38,265 bases of DNA from Tepidisphaerales bacterium (GCA_038215325.1 JBBQQZ010000001.1:1-38265), one strand, 5' to 3'. Positions 25,825 to 34,569 are shown, counted from the stretch's first letter. The notes: a model not told the origin generated them from the sequence alone. Made by a program: numbers and translations.

Positions 25825-26559
25825 ATGTCCGACACCGTCCAGCAGCTTTGTTTCGAAGGTCAGAACCACCTCCTTGCCACCGACTACCTGGCGGCGGAGG
25901 AGGTGCTTGTGCGCGCCGAGGGGATTGCGCTGGCGGAGAAGGATTGGGATTCGCTGTCGCGCCTCTATATGCCGCTACAGGAGGTGCGTCGTCAGCGCAG
26001 GCAGCGGTGTGGGGAGGGGACGATCAAGCTGGACCTGGTCGCCCATACGGCGGCGGATGTGATCGATGCTGAGGCGATCGCTAAGCAGTACACGCACGGG
26101 CAGATCCTCGTCGCCGGGTTCGGCACGATCGAACCGGCGGTGAAATTGCGGGAAATCGCGCACCGGGAGAAGCGTTATCTCGATGTCTTGCTGGGCGCCA
26201 GTTACTGGGTGGGCGGGACGGTGGTGGTGGCGATCGTGCCGACCGATCGCGTGGCGCTCCCTGAAGACGGCGAATACTCCATCGACGAACTCACCCGCCG
26301 TCTTCCGCCGCACAGTGTAATCGTCCCCCTTGCCGAACTGCCCAGCGGCGAGCGCATGGGGAATACCGAGACGTTTGCACAAACCATGTCGCTTTGGGAA
26401 CGGCTGCACCTACCCTACCTATCATTGGCCGACGCGACGACCGATCCGGTGGCCCGGATCGAGGCGTATCGTCAGACGATCAAGGTCGATTACGCGTGCG
26501 AACTGGCCCACCAGAAGCTGAGCGACACGGCCAGATCGATCCTGCGGACGAAGCAATAG
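25825..26559 (+). CDS. Hypothetical protein
   Basis: 244 codons, GC3-rich, 25 nt after the previous stop. No motif recognised. Confidence 0.55.
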   Translation: MSDTVQQLCFEGQNHLLATDYLAAEEVLVRAEGIALAEKDWDSLSRLYMPLQEVRRQRRQRCGEGTIKLDLVAHTAADVIDAEAIAKQYTHGQILVAGFGTIEPAVKLREIAHREKRYLDVLLGASYWVGGTVVVAIVPTDRVALPEDGEYSIDELTRRLPPHSVIVPLAELPSGERMGNTETFAQTMSLWERLHLPYLSLADATTDPVARIEAYRQTIKVDYACELAHQKLSDTARSILRTKQ

Positions 26560-26582
26560 TTCTAGCCTCGAGGGAGGTTTCG

Positions 26583-27404
26583 ATGCCGGTATTTGGGAAT
26601 CGCGGCGGTAGCCAATTAAAGATGCGGCTGATTATCGCGGCGGTGATCGCGATCGGGGCGGTCGTCGCATATGTCAGCAAGTTTGAGAAAGATCTGCTCA
26701 CCGGCGAATACCGCGCCGTGGCGATGAAGCCGGATCAGGAGATCCAGATGGGTCTACAGGCAGCGCCCGAGATGGCGCAGCAAATGGGCGGCGTGCTCGA
26801 CCCGCGAACCGACAAATCCGCAGCCCATGTCGCCGCGGTAGGGCAGAAGCTTGTCCAGTCGTATATGGCGAAGGACAGCGCCTATGCGGCAAGGTTTCAG
26901 TTCCATCTCTTGCGCGACGACCGCACGGTAAACGCATTCGCGCTCCCCGGCGGGCCGATCTTCATCACACGCGGGCTGTACCAGCAGTTGGAGAATGAAG
27001 ATCAGCTTGCCGGCGTGCTCGGGCACGAGATCGGACACGTGCTGTACCGGCACGCGTCGGAGCACATGGCCAAGGGACAACTCGGGCAGCAGTTGGTCGG
27101 CGCGGTGACCGTCGGCGCTGGAGATTATACGGCGGGGCAACTGGCGAATGCCGTCAACCAGATGGTCCAGATGAAGTACGGCCGGCAGGATGAGTTGCAG
27201 TCGGACAGCTGGGGCCTGGAGAACATGTTCGCCGCCGGGTACAACCCGCGCGAGATGGTCAAGGTTATGGAGATCCTGAAGCGCGCCTCCGGGGGTGCCG
27301 GGAGCGGACCGAGCATCTTCGCCAGCCACCCGAACCCGGACCTGCGCATTCAAGAAATTAAGCAATACATCGACAAACGGTGGGGCAAAGGCCAACTTCA
27401 GTAG
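26583..27404 (+). CDS. M48-family zinc metallopeptidase, membrane-anchored
   Basis: GAGGGAGG RBS, an N-terminal TM helix, HEIGHVLYRH (HExxH) and a downstream ELQSDSWG. Confidence 0.85.
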   Translation: MPVFGNRGGSQLKMRLIIAAVIAIGAVVAYVSKFEKDLLTGEYRAVAMKPDQEIQMGLQAAPEMAQQMGGVLDPRTDKSAAHVAAVGQKLVQSYMAKDSAYAARFQFHLLRDDRTVNAFALPGGPIFITRGLYQQLENEDQLAGVLGHEIGHVLYRHASEHMAKGQLGQQLVGAVTVGAGDYTAGQLANAVNQMVQMKYGRQDELQSDSWGLENMFAAGYNPREMVKVMEILKRASGGAGSGPSIFASHPNPDLRIQEIKQYIDKRWGKGQLQ

Positions 27405-27480
27405 CCGCATCAATCGCTTTAGCGCGTTGGACCAAGAGGCCACTGGATCGATCGCACCTTCGCCGGGAGCGGGGCGAAAG

Positions 27481-27627
27481 TTGATAGTTGGGAGTTGATC
27501 GCTGATAGTGTGGGGTTGAGAATGAGAATAGAGGTGGCCAGGGGTCAGTGGTCAGAAAAGACACGGACGCGCCTTCTCTTTTCTGACCACTGACCCCGCG
27601 CCACCGACCCCTTACCCCCACGAGCCC
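27481..27627. repeat. Heptamer-phased hairpin element with perfect 20-bp stem
   Basis: Left arm heptamers: GTTGATA GTTGGGA GTTGATC GCTGATA GTGTGGG GTTGAGA .. GGTCAGT GGTCAGA. The perfect stem pairs 27541-27560 (GGGGTCAGTGGTCAGAAAAG) with 27578-27597. The right-arm heptamer register continues to the ATG at 27628. Confidence 0.88.
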
Positions 27628-27969
27628 ATGCCCGAAAAAGAACTCCGAGCGAAGTACGGCGGCAAGTTGCCCAAGGCGATCAACCGCGCGATCCGCGCAG
27701 AGATCCCGGCGGGCAACACCGCACTGGATACGCTGACGAACCTCGCCGGGCCTGCGATGCAGTCCGGTTGGACCACCCCCAACGGCAGCCCGACGCCGGA
27801 GGCGGTGGCCTATTTCAAGCACAAACGCGGCGTGGTTGACAAGCTGGAAATGCAGATCCGCAAGAAGTACGGCATCCAAGTCGAAGACATGGAATACAAA
27901 GCGTCGCGCACGCTGAAGCCCGGCAAGCCGCACACGCCGAAACGACGCGGGAGCGTGAAGCGAAAGTGA
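27628..27969 (+). CDS. Small basic hypothetical protein (113 aa)
   Basis: GC3-rich codons throughout and a Lys/Arg-rich C-terminus (KPHTPKRRGSVKRK). No motif recognised. Flanked on both sides by heptamer hairpin elements. Confidence 0.55.
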   Translation: MPEKELRAKYGGKLPKAINRAIRAEIPAGNTALDTLTNLAGPAMQSGWTTPNGSPTPEAVAYFKHKRGVVDKLEMQIRKKYGIQVEDMEYKASRTLKPGKPHTPKRRGSVKRK

Positions 27970-27975
27970 GTGCTG

Positions 27976-28121
27976 ATCGTGGGTTGTGGGTTGTGGGTCG
28001 TGGGTTGTAGGTCGTCACGTTCCAGTCTCCCCGACCCCCGACCCCCGACCCCCGACCTCAGACGTACGACGTACGACGTATGACCTCCAACCTACAACGT
28101 ACGACCCCCGACCCCCGGAAT
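27976..28121. repeat. Heptamer-phased hairpin element
   Basis: Left arm: TCGTGGG TTGTGGG TTGTGGG TCGTGGG TTGTAGG TCGTCAC. Right arm is 13 phased heptamers (28031-28121): CCGACCC x3, CCGACCT, CAGACGT, ACGACGT x2, ATGACCT, CCAACCT, ACAACGT, ACGACCC, CCGACCC, CCGGAAT. It ends 5 nt before ATG 28127. Confidence 0.85.
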
Positions 28122-28126
28122 TTTGT

Positions 28127-28564
28127 ATGAACGACTACCGCTGGCTGGTGTACGCGTTGCTATCGGCGCTGGCGGCGTCGATGGTGGGGATCTTTGGGAA
28201 GATCGGGATGAAGGACGTGGACTCCACGCTCGCGACGGCGGTGCGGTCGGTGGTGATGACGGTGTTCCTGGCGGCGGTCGTTTTGGCGATGAAGCTGACG
28301 CCCAAGCTGCCCACGCTCAGCGGCAAGGCGCTGACGATGATCGTGCTGTCCGGCGTCGCCGGTGCGGTGTCGTGGCTGTTCTACTTTAAGGCGATCCAGG
28401 TGGGCACGGTGTCGCAGGTGGCACCGATCGACAAACTCTCCATGCCGCTGGCGGTGATCCTCGCGGTCATCCTGCTGGGTGATCGGCCGAGCGGTTGGAA
28501 CTGGATGGGGATCGGACTGATCGTGATCGGCGCGTATTTCGCGGCGTGGTCGCCGGGAAAGTGA
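28127..28564 (+). CDS. Small EamA-domain (DMT superfamily) membrane protein
   Basis: 145 aa with 4-5 TM segments. LSALAASMVGIFGKIG..VAPIDKLSMPLAVILAVILLGDRP resembles a single EamA repeat. Confidence 0.7.
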   Translation: MNDYRWLVYALLSALAASMVGIFGKIGMKDVDSTLATAVRSVVMTVFLAAVVLAMKLTPKLPTLSGKALTMIVLSGVAGAVSWLFYFKAIQVGTVSQVAPIDKLSMPLAVILAVILLGDRPSGWNWMGIGLIVIGAYFAAWSPGK

Positions 28565-28763
28565 ATGGGGCGCTGGAGCGCCCAGTGCGCGACTTGTCGC
28601 GATGCATCTGCTCTGAAGCCACCCCGCACCACCGCAAATGGTTCAAAATTCCGTGACATGCCTGTCAATGCGATCCAGGCATGGGAAGAATGGAACGCGG
28701 TACCGCCTGGGATTTTGAGGGGTCTACGAGTTTTTCTGCCATCGGCCGGTCGGGGGGTCGGGT

Positions 28764-30077
28764 TCAGAGACTTTGCGCGTCGTCTGCCGCTGCACGATCG
28801 GGACCAACTGCTTCGGACCCGTCACGAGTCGTTGTTTGGATGATCGCATCGACGATCTGTGCTGTTGCGTCGGCGTTGATCACGGCGGGCTTATACGAGC
28901 AGCAGACCGACACCTCGCCGCCTAGCGTCGTCGGCGTGAGGACCAGCGGCATCATCGGGCCGGTGGGGCTGATGCGGTGGTAGCGGCGGACGGGGGTGGG
29001 GTGGAGATTGGACCAGGTGGGGGTGAGGTTGACGTTGCTGAGGCCGCCGGAGAGGGGGAGGCGTTTGCGGTAGAAGTTGAGGAGGTTGTGGGGCCTCAAG
29101 CGCTTGGCGAGTTGCAGGCCGATCCAGAGGCGGAGTTGAGAGGCCTCGGCGGAGCGGTGGCGGGAGTGACGAAGGCGTACGGCACGGGCGCGGGCGACGG
29201 CGCGATCGACCGAGCGCAAATCCGCAGCGGTGAACGGGCTGATCATGAAGCCGAGGAAGAGGGAGAAGACGCGGTCGGACAGGTGCGGCGCGCGGGCGCG
29301 AAGATCGACGATGGTGCCCATCGCCAAATCCGGCCGGCGGATGGTGGCGTGGTTCGGGCCTAGATTGGCGCACGCGATGGCGCTGGAGGCGAGTAAGAGA
29401 TCGCCGACGGTGGCGTGCAGGGCGCGGGCGCGCGATCGCAAGCGGTCGGCGGAGCCGGGAGGCAGCGCGCGGATGATCGTGGCGACGGACTGATCCGATT
29501 GCGGGCTCTCGACTCGCCGGACGCGCTTCATCGCGCGCGTGAAGGGGAACTGCTCGATGAGGTTCGACAGGACGGACCAGTCGTGCGTCTCGGGAGAGAA
29601 CCGGCCGAACGTGCCGAGGGAATCAAGCTGCACGGGCGCGGGACGCAGCGCGGGTAGATCGAGCAATCGGGACAGCCAGGCGCGCATCACGGAACGGATC
29701 GCAACGCTATCGGCGACCCAGTGTTGGTAGATGACGCCGACGGTTTGTTCGCCAGCGGCGTTGTGGACGAAGGGTCGAAACGGGAGCGAGACGAGCGGAT
29801 CGAACGGCCGATTCATCTCCCGAGATAGATGCGCCTCGATATCGTCGGTTTCGACGACTTGAGCGTGGAACGGGTTGGCGCGGTCGATCCAGTAGCGGTT
29901 ATCGACGCAGACGAACGTGCCGAGACGCAGATCTTGGAGGGCAAGGTTAAAGGCGTCTTCGAGGGTTTGAGTGGAGAAGGAGCGATCGAGCACCATCGCC
30001 TGCCCGGCGTTGTAGGGGTGGAGGGTGTCCCAGTGGCGTTGGGTGCGCTGGAAGATGTTGAGGGGGACGGGGTGCAT
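28764..30077 (-). CDS. Stand-alone condensation/acyltransferase-like protein (HxxxD superfamily)
   Basis: 437 aa. VGVIYQHWVADSVAIRSVM fits the HxxxD motif of NRPS C-domain/PapA/WS-DGAT type acyltransferases. Assignment is from motif and size only. Confidence 0.5.
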   Translation of the reverse strand: MHPVPLNIFQRTQRHWDTLHPYNAGQAMVLDRSFSTQTLEDAFNLALQDLRLGTFVCVDNRYWIDRANPFHAQVVETDDIEAHLSREMNRPFDPLVSLPFRPFVHNAAGEQTVGVIYQHWVADSVAIRSVMRAWLSRLLDLPALRPAPVQLDSLGTFGRFSPETHDWSVLSNLIEQFPFTRAMKRVRRVESPQSDQSVATIIRALPPGSADRLRSRARALHATVGDLLLASSAIACANLGPNHATIRRPDLAMGTIVDLRARAPHLSDRVFSLFLGFMISPFTAADLRSVDRAVARARAVRLRHSRHRSAEASQLRLWIGLQLAKRLRPHNLLNFYRKRLPLSGGLSNVNLTPTWSNLHPTPVRRYHRISPTGPMMPLVLTPTTLGGEVSVCCSYKPAVINADATAQIVDAIIQTTTRDGSEAVGPDRAAADDAQSL

Positions 30078-30262
30078 GGGTCAGCAGAGGGATGCACCGC
30101 AGAGACGCCAAGGGCGCGGAGATCGCCTCGGCGTCATCGAGCGGGGATTGGAGCTTGGTTGATTCATTTTGCGCGTTGGCGAGACGCCCAGGCCACTTTA
30201 GCACGAATTGACGGTGCGCTCTGGGTGTTCTCTGTGCCTCCGAGGTGAAATCTGGCTTCGAT

Positions 30263-30877
30263 TCATGCCGGCGCGCGGTAGATGCCGCGGGGGATGAAGC
30301 GGCCGACTTGGCGCATGTAGTTGCCGTAGGTGTCGCCGTGGACGGAGAGCATGTGCTTTTCCTCGCGACGGGCTTCCCATTGAAGGAGGATGATCTGCAA
30401 AAGTGCGACGACAAGCATCCATGCGTTCGGTACCGCGAGGAATGAGACGACCGCCAGCAGGCATTGCAGCGCGTAGATCGGGTGGCGAACGAGGGCGTAA
30501 GGGCCGGAGATGATGAGCGTGTTTTTTTCGTTCGGGTCAATGCCCATGCGCCAGTCCTTGCCCATCTTGCGCCAGCAGATGAGCGTGAGGTACATGACGA
30601 CGACCGCGACTCCGAGCGCGGCCCAGTCGAGGTATGGGATATCAAGGGGGTGGATGGTGTGGAACGGTCGGAAGGCGTAGACGAGGGGGATGATCGCCCA
30701 GGCGGCGACGTTGGGATACCAGACGACGCGGAGGATTCGGCCGAGCGCTTCGGGGGGGTAGAAGTTTGCGGCGCGGCCGGTGAGACGCTTGGTCTTCAGG
30801 ACGAGCTTAATCACCCGCGCCCAATAGAAGACGACGATCAATCCGATGCCGAGAGCAGGCCAGACAAGTTCGGGCAT
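30263..30877 (-). CDS. ICMT/PEMT-like membrane methyltransferase family protein
   Basis: GPYALVRHPIYALQCL...EARREEKHMLSVHGDTYGNYMRQVGRFIP, typical of the isoprenylcysteine carboxyl methyltransferase-like family. Start set at Met27 (MPELVWP); GTG 30955 is an alternative. Confidence 0.7.
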   Translation of the reverse strand: MPELVWPALGIGLIVVFYWARVIKLVLKTKRLTGRAANFYPPEALGRILRVVWYPNVAAWAIIPLVYAFRPFHTIHPLDIPYLDWAALGVAVVVMYLTLICWRKMGKDWRMGIDPNEKNTLIISGPYALVRHPIYALQCLLAVVSFLAVPNAWMLVVALLQIILLQWEARREEKHMLSVHGDTYGNYMRQVGRFIPRGIYRAPA

Positions 30878-30947
30878 GGGCGAGAGAGTAGCGGCGGCGG
30901 GGAGAATGTCGAATTTTGAATCACGAACGTCGGATGAGAGGGGGGGG

Positions 30948-31035
30948 GAAGACACGAGACACGAGAGGGGGAGAGAAGCAGATCGCTGCCGACAGCTTTC
31001 TTCTCCATGACTCGTGTCTCGTGTCTCTTGTCTCC
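30948..31035. repeat. Heptamer-phased hairpin element (ACACGAG units)
   Basis: GAAGACACGAGACACGAGAGGGGGAGAGAAG - loop - CTTCTCCATGACTCGTGTCTCGTGTCTCTTG. The arms pair except for a central internal loop. Confidence 0.85.
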
Positions 31036-31057
31036 TTGCCTATGCCCGACCGAGTCG

Positions 31058-32056
31058 TCAGTTCCCGCCGGCGATCGGCGCACGCCCGGTGCGGCGGAGT
31101 TCGGCGACGTAGTCTTGGCGGATGCGTTCGTACTCGGCTTCTTCGGTGAGGGCACCGTTGTATTCGGTCTGGGCTTCCTTGACCTTGTCGCGGGCGGCGT
31201 CGAGGTCGGCTTTGGCTGTGCGGGCGGCGTCGGAGTTGGTGGACTGGGCGACGTAGTTGGAACGCATCGCGCGGACCTTGGCGGCGGCCATCAGCATGCG
31301 CTGGCGCGCGTCTTCGACTTCGGGGGCTTGCGCCATGGCGATGATTTCTTCGCGCGTCATGCGGTTGCGCACCTCAAGGGCGGCCATCGCGTGGGGGAAA
31401 AGCCAGTCGAAGCTGCCCCGGCCGGTGAGGACGAGGTTGCTGATGACGCGCTGGCTGGCGTTCTGTTTCTTTTCCAGTTCCTTGTAATACGCGTCGGCGC
31501 GGAGCGCGTCGAAGATCGGGCGTCGTACGGCGTCGTAGTCGGCCTGGGCGCGGCGCAGGCCGAGCATGGAGTCGCGATAGTCGTCTGTCTTCCACAGTTC
31601 GTTGTCGACTGCGGCGGTGGAGTTGCCGGAGGTGGCGCCAAGCGCCTTGGTGAGGTCGGCCTTGGCTTCGTCGAGGGACCGCCTGGCTTCAACGGAACGG
31701 GTGCGGTCTGCGGGCATCGGCTGGCCGTTGGGGCCCATGCGAAGGCGGTCGTAACCCCTGCTGTCACGCTGGGGCGGACGCTTGACGTTGCCCTTGCCGT
31801 CTTCGGGGGCCTTTACGCCTTTGCCGTCCTCGGCGGGCTTGCCGCCTTTGTCGCCGCCGACCTTCGTGCCGGGCTTGTCTGCGCCGGTCTTCTGCGTGGG
31901 TTTATCGCCGTCGACTTTTTCGACGCCTTTGTCTTTGTTCTGCTTGGTCTTCGGTGCGCCGTCTTCATCCGCGGCCAGTGTGGGTGCGGTCAACGCCAGC
32001 GACAGTCCGACCGACATTGAAACGGCGAGAGCGAGAAGGGTGTTGGTCTTCGACAT
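31058..32056 (-). CDS. Secreted hypothetical protein (Lys/Gly/Asp-rich linker + helical domain)
   Basis: Signal peptide MSKTNTLLALAVSMSVGLSLALTAPTLAA at Met32 of the ORF, with GC3-rich codons. The antisense 337-aa ORF has shadow composition. Confidence 0.6.
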   Translation of the reverse strand: MSKTNTLLALAVSMSVGLSLALTAPTLAADEDGAPKTKQNKDKGVEKVDGDKPTQKTGADKPGTKVGGDKGGKPAEDGKGVKAPEDGKGNVKRPPQRDSRGYDRLRMGPNGQPMPADRTRSVEARRSLDEAKADLTKALGATSGNSTAAVDNELWKTDDYRDSMLGLRRAQADYDAVRRPIFDALRADAYYKELEKKQNASQRVISNLVLTGRGSFDWLFPHAMAALEVRNRMTREEIIAMAQAPEVEDARQRMLMAAAKVRAMRSNYVAQSTNSDAARTAKADLDAARDKVKEAQTEYNGALTEEAEYERIRQDYVAELRRTGRAPIAGGN

Positions 32057-32199
32057 GGCCGATACTCCTGCATAATCGTTATCGACCCGGAGCCCATGCG
32101 ACTTGCAGAGATGAACAGCTTCAAGACGCCGACGTCCGGTCTCGTTCAATTATACAACCTGCGGCGGGGTTAGTTGAAGGGTGGTGCGTCAAAATCGCA

Positions 32200-33015
32200 T
32201 CAAATTGTTAGGGGTTTGATCGTCCATTTTGGATTTTGCCCGAAAAATCGGCAGGGATTGTTGAAAAAGACTTCGGTCGCCTCGGCTTCGGAATGTCCGC
32301 GACGGCGGAATTCGAGGCAGGTATCGGTCAGGCAGTGCGGGCCGGATTCGCCCCAGTCGGACGCGGAATTGACGCAAAGCTTGTCGGATCCGAAGGTTTC
32401 GATGATGTCCACCGCGCGCGTCGGCGTGACCTTGGTGATCGGATAAATCGTCAGTCCGGCCCAGAAGCCGCATTCGCGCGCTTTACGGAGCGTGTGCTCT
32501 TCGCAATGGTCGATGAGCACGCGCTCGGGCCTGATGCGCGCGTCGTTTTTCAGGATCGAGCAGATGATGTCCGTGCCCTTGTGTTTGTCTTCCAGATGCG
32601 GCGTGTGGATCAGGATCATCTGATCGTGCTTCGCGGCCACGTCCACCTGAAGCTCGAACGTGGTGATCTCGTTCTTCGTGTTCTTGTTCAGACCGATCTC
32701 GCCGACGCCAAGCACGCGCGGGTGCGACAGCAATGGCGGGATCAGCGCGATCACATCGCGCGATAGCTCGACGTTCTCGGCTTCCTTGGCATTGATGCAA
32801 AGCCAGGAGAAATGTTCGATGCCGTATCGGGCGGCGCGTTTGGGTTCAATGTCGAGCAGGTGCCGGAAGTAATCGTAGAACGACGACGCCGACGACCGGT
32901 CATACCCCGCCCAGAACGCCGGCTCACTCACCGCCACCACGCCCGCACGGGCCATGTAAAGGTAATCGTCGGTGGTTCGGCTGACGCAGTGAATGTGTGG
33001 ATCAATGTATTTCAT
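32200..33015 (-). CDS. TatD-related TIM-barrel metal-dependent hydrolase
   Basis: MKYIDPHIHC, GVGEIGLNKN, ILIHTPH, VLIDHCEE, NSASDWG. Start set at Met22; ATG 33078 is an alternative. Confidence 0.75.
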   Translation of the reverse strand: MKYIDPHIHCVSRTTDDYLYMARAGVVAVSEPAFWAGYDRSSASSFYDYFRHLLDIEPKRAARYGIEHFSWLCINAKEAENVELSRDVIALIPPLLSHPRVLGVGEIGLNKNTKNEITTFELQVDVAAKHDQMILIHTPHLEDKHKGTDIICSILKNDARIRPERVLIDHCEEHTLRKARECGFWAGLTIYPITKVTPTRAVDIIETFGSDKLCVNSASDWGESGPHCLTDTCLEFRRRGHSEAEATEVFFNNPCRFFGQNPKWTIKPLTI

Positions 33016-33084
33016 CTGGAAGCGGATTGTGCCAGAGAATCGCCGGCGTGTGTAGCGGGAAGTCGGATCGAGGACCATCGTGGG

Positions 33085-34212
33085 TCACATCGTGCGTTCG
33101 AGCGCCAGCTTCAGCACTTTTTTCGCGTCGAGATGATCCTCCGCCAATTGTCGCGCGGCCTGGGCGTGGTCCGGGTAGTGGTCGTGGACTTGTTGCAGCA
33201 TCGCGACGGCTTCGGCGGGGGTGGTGAAGCGGAGCGTGCCGTGAGAATCGGGAAAAATATCGCTCTCGCCGGTCTTCTGGATGACGACGGGTTTGCCGCT
33301 GGCGAGGTAGCACGCGGTGCGGTCGCTCAGCCAGCCGGTTTTGAGCCGGACGTAAGCGGGCTTGGCGCAACTGAATTCGCCGCGTGATCGCTGGATGTAT
33401 CTGCGGTAGTCGAGCGGGTGAGCGATGGCCGGGCTTTTGCCGATGCGCCAGCCCTTGGATTCCAGCAGGTCGACCTCGGGCTGGTACGAAAAGATGTTGA
33501 GGCACAGTTCCAGGGGAAGCGGGCTCTGCTGCGGAACGTCGAGATAGGGCTGAAACGCGGCGCGCTTGGAGTTGTCGTACCAGTCGCCGTTGTCGTCGGG
33601 CATCCACTCGTTTTTCATGAACCAACCGCTGACGGTGGTCAGCGGCGCGACCGCATCGCACGCGGTGGCGGGCCACTGGTCGAGCGCGACGGGGGGTGGG
33701 GTGTAGATCCAGTCGTGGCCGTGGGTGTTGAAGAGGGGTTTATGGGCCGCCTTGGTCCACTCGCCGATCGTGAAATAATGGGTGTGAGGCGCTGTGCTGT
33801 ACGTTCCCAGATCCAGCGCGACGTGAAACTGGCCTGGGTCGATGTCGATCATCATGGAGCGTCGAAACGACGCGACGATCTTTTCAGGCAGGTTGTAGCG
33901 GTGATCGCAGAGCACATCGCACGACTGCGCCGAGGCGAGGGGAACGAGCTGGAGCTGGCGTTCGTTATCAAGCGCGTCGCCGGTAGCGCTGGCGAGCGCG
34001 ATGGTCTGGTCGAGACCAAACGGATGCAAACGCTCGCGCAGGGTCGTTAGCATCTCGGCGACGCACCGGGGCGTGTCGCCGTCGGCGACGACGTCGAGCC
34101 AGACGACTTCGTGTCCGAGCGATCGGAAGCCGAGCGCCCAGTTCAGGAAGACCCACAGGTGTCCGCCGTCCGGGTAGCCGAGAGTGTTGGGGGCCGAGAG
34201 GCAAATGCGCAT
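33085..34212 (-). CDS. Hypothetical protein, GT-B glycosyltransferase-like
   Basis: 375 aa. MRICLSAP..GGHLWVFLNWALGFRSLGHEVVWLD at the N-terminus and TACYLASGKPVVIQ near the C-terminus resemble GT-B fold enzymes. Weak, motif-level only. Confidence 0.45.
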   Translation of the reverse strand: MRICLSAPNTLGYPDGGHLWVFLNWALGFRSLGHEVVWLDVVADGDTPRCVAEMLTTLRERLHPFGLDQTIALASATGDALDNERQLQLVPLASAQSCDVLCDHRYNLPEKIVASFRRSMMIDIDPGQFHVALDLGTYSTAPHTHYFTIGEWTKAAHKPLFNTHGHDWIYTPPPVALDQWPATACDAVAPLTTVSGWFMKNEWMPDDNGDWYDNSKRAAFQPYLDVPQQSPLPLELCLNIFSYQPEVDLLESKGWRIGKSPAIAHPLDYRRYIQRSRGEFSCAKPAYVRLKTGWLSDRTACYLASGKPVVIQKTGESDIFPDSHGTLRFTTPAEAVAMLQQVHDHYPDHAQAARQLAEDHLDAKKVLKLALERTM

Positions 34213-34252
34213 AGTCTCGCTCGGAAGTCGCCCTGCGGATTAATAATAGGCC

Positions 34253-34492
34253 TCACCGCGTGGGCGGGGGCGTCATATCCGAAAGGATCATCTGCACGCG
34301 TTCGGCGCGACCGGGGTCTGCCAGGAGGAGCTGCTCGATGCAGGCCCGAAGCGATTTCAGCCGCGCGTCATTCGCCAGCAATGCCGCGCCCCCGTCAGCG
34401 CGCTGAACCCGGTCCAGGTCCGCCGCCAGCGACAGGATACGCCAGCGCATCTCGTTGTAGTACCGATTCAGGGTGTCTTGAGCGTTGAGCAT
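34253..34492 (-). CDS. Small helical hypothetical protein (79 aa)
   Basis: GAGGA RBS about 5 nt upstream of the ATG, GC3-rich codons. First gene of a co-directional trio. Confidence 0.5.
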   Translation of the reverse strand: MLNAQDTLNRYYNEMRWRILSLAADLDRVQRADGGAALLANDARLKSLRACIEQLLLADPGRAERVQMILSDMTPPPTR

Positions 34493-34534
34493 TGTTCCTC
34501 ACGACCAACCGTTTCGTAGTGGGTCAGTTTGAAC

Positions 34535-34569
34535 GGGTGCCACGTTTGGTACTCCAAGCCGTGGCACCC
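34535..34569. other. Perfect 10-bp hairpin (GGGTGCCACG / CGTGGCACCC, 15-nt loop)
   Basis: Seen directly. Lies between the GH terminator and the start of the 34492 gene. No U-run on either strand. Confidence 0.5.

Noticed and set aside
27481-28121. Integron gene cassette with attC-like hairpins around the small ORF
   Set aside because: There is no integrase or attI in the window, only one such unit, and the hairpins lack recognisable RYYYAAC/GTTRRRY core sites in the required geometry. The GTTGATA/GTTGGGA units only superficially resemble GTTRRRY.
32996-33004. TGTGGATCA (8 of 9 match to a DnaA box)
   Set aside because: It lies inside the first codons of the TatD-like gene (..IDPHIH..), is isolated, and is far from dnaA. 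Most likely chance.
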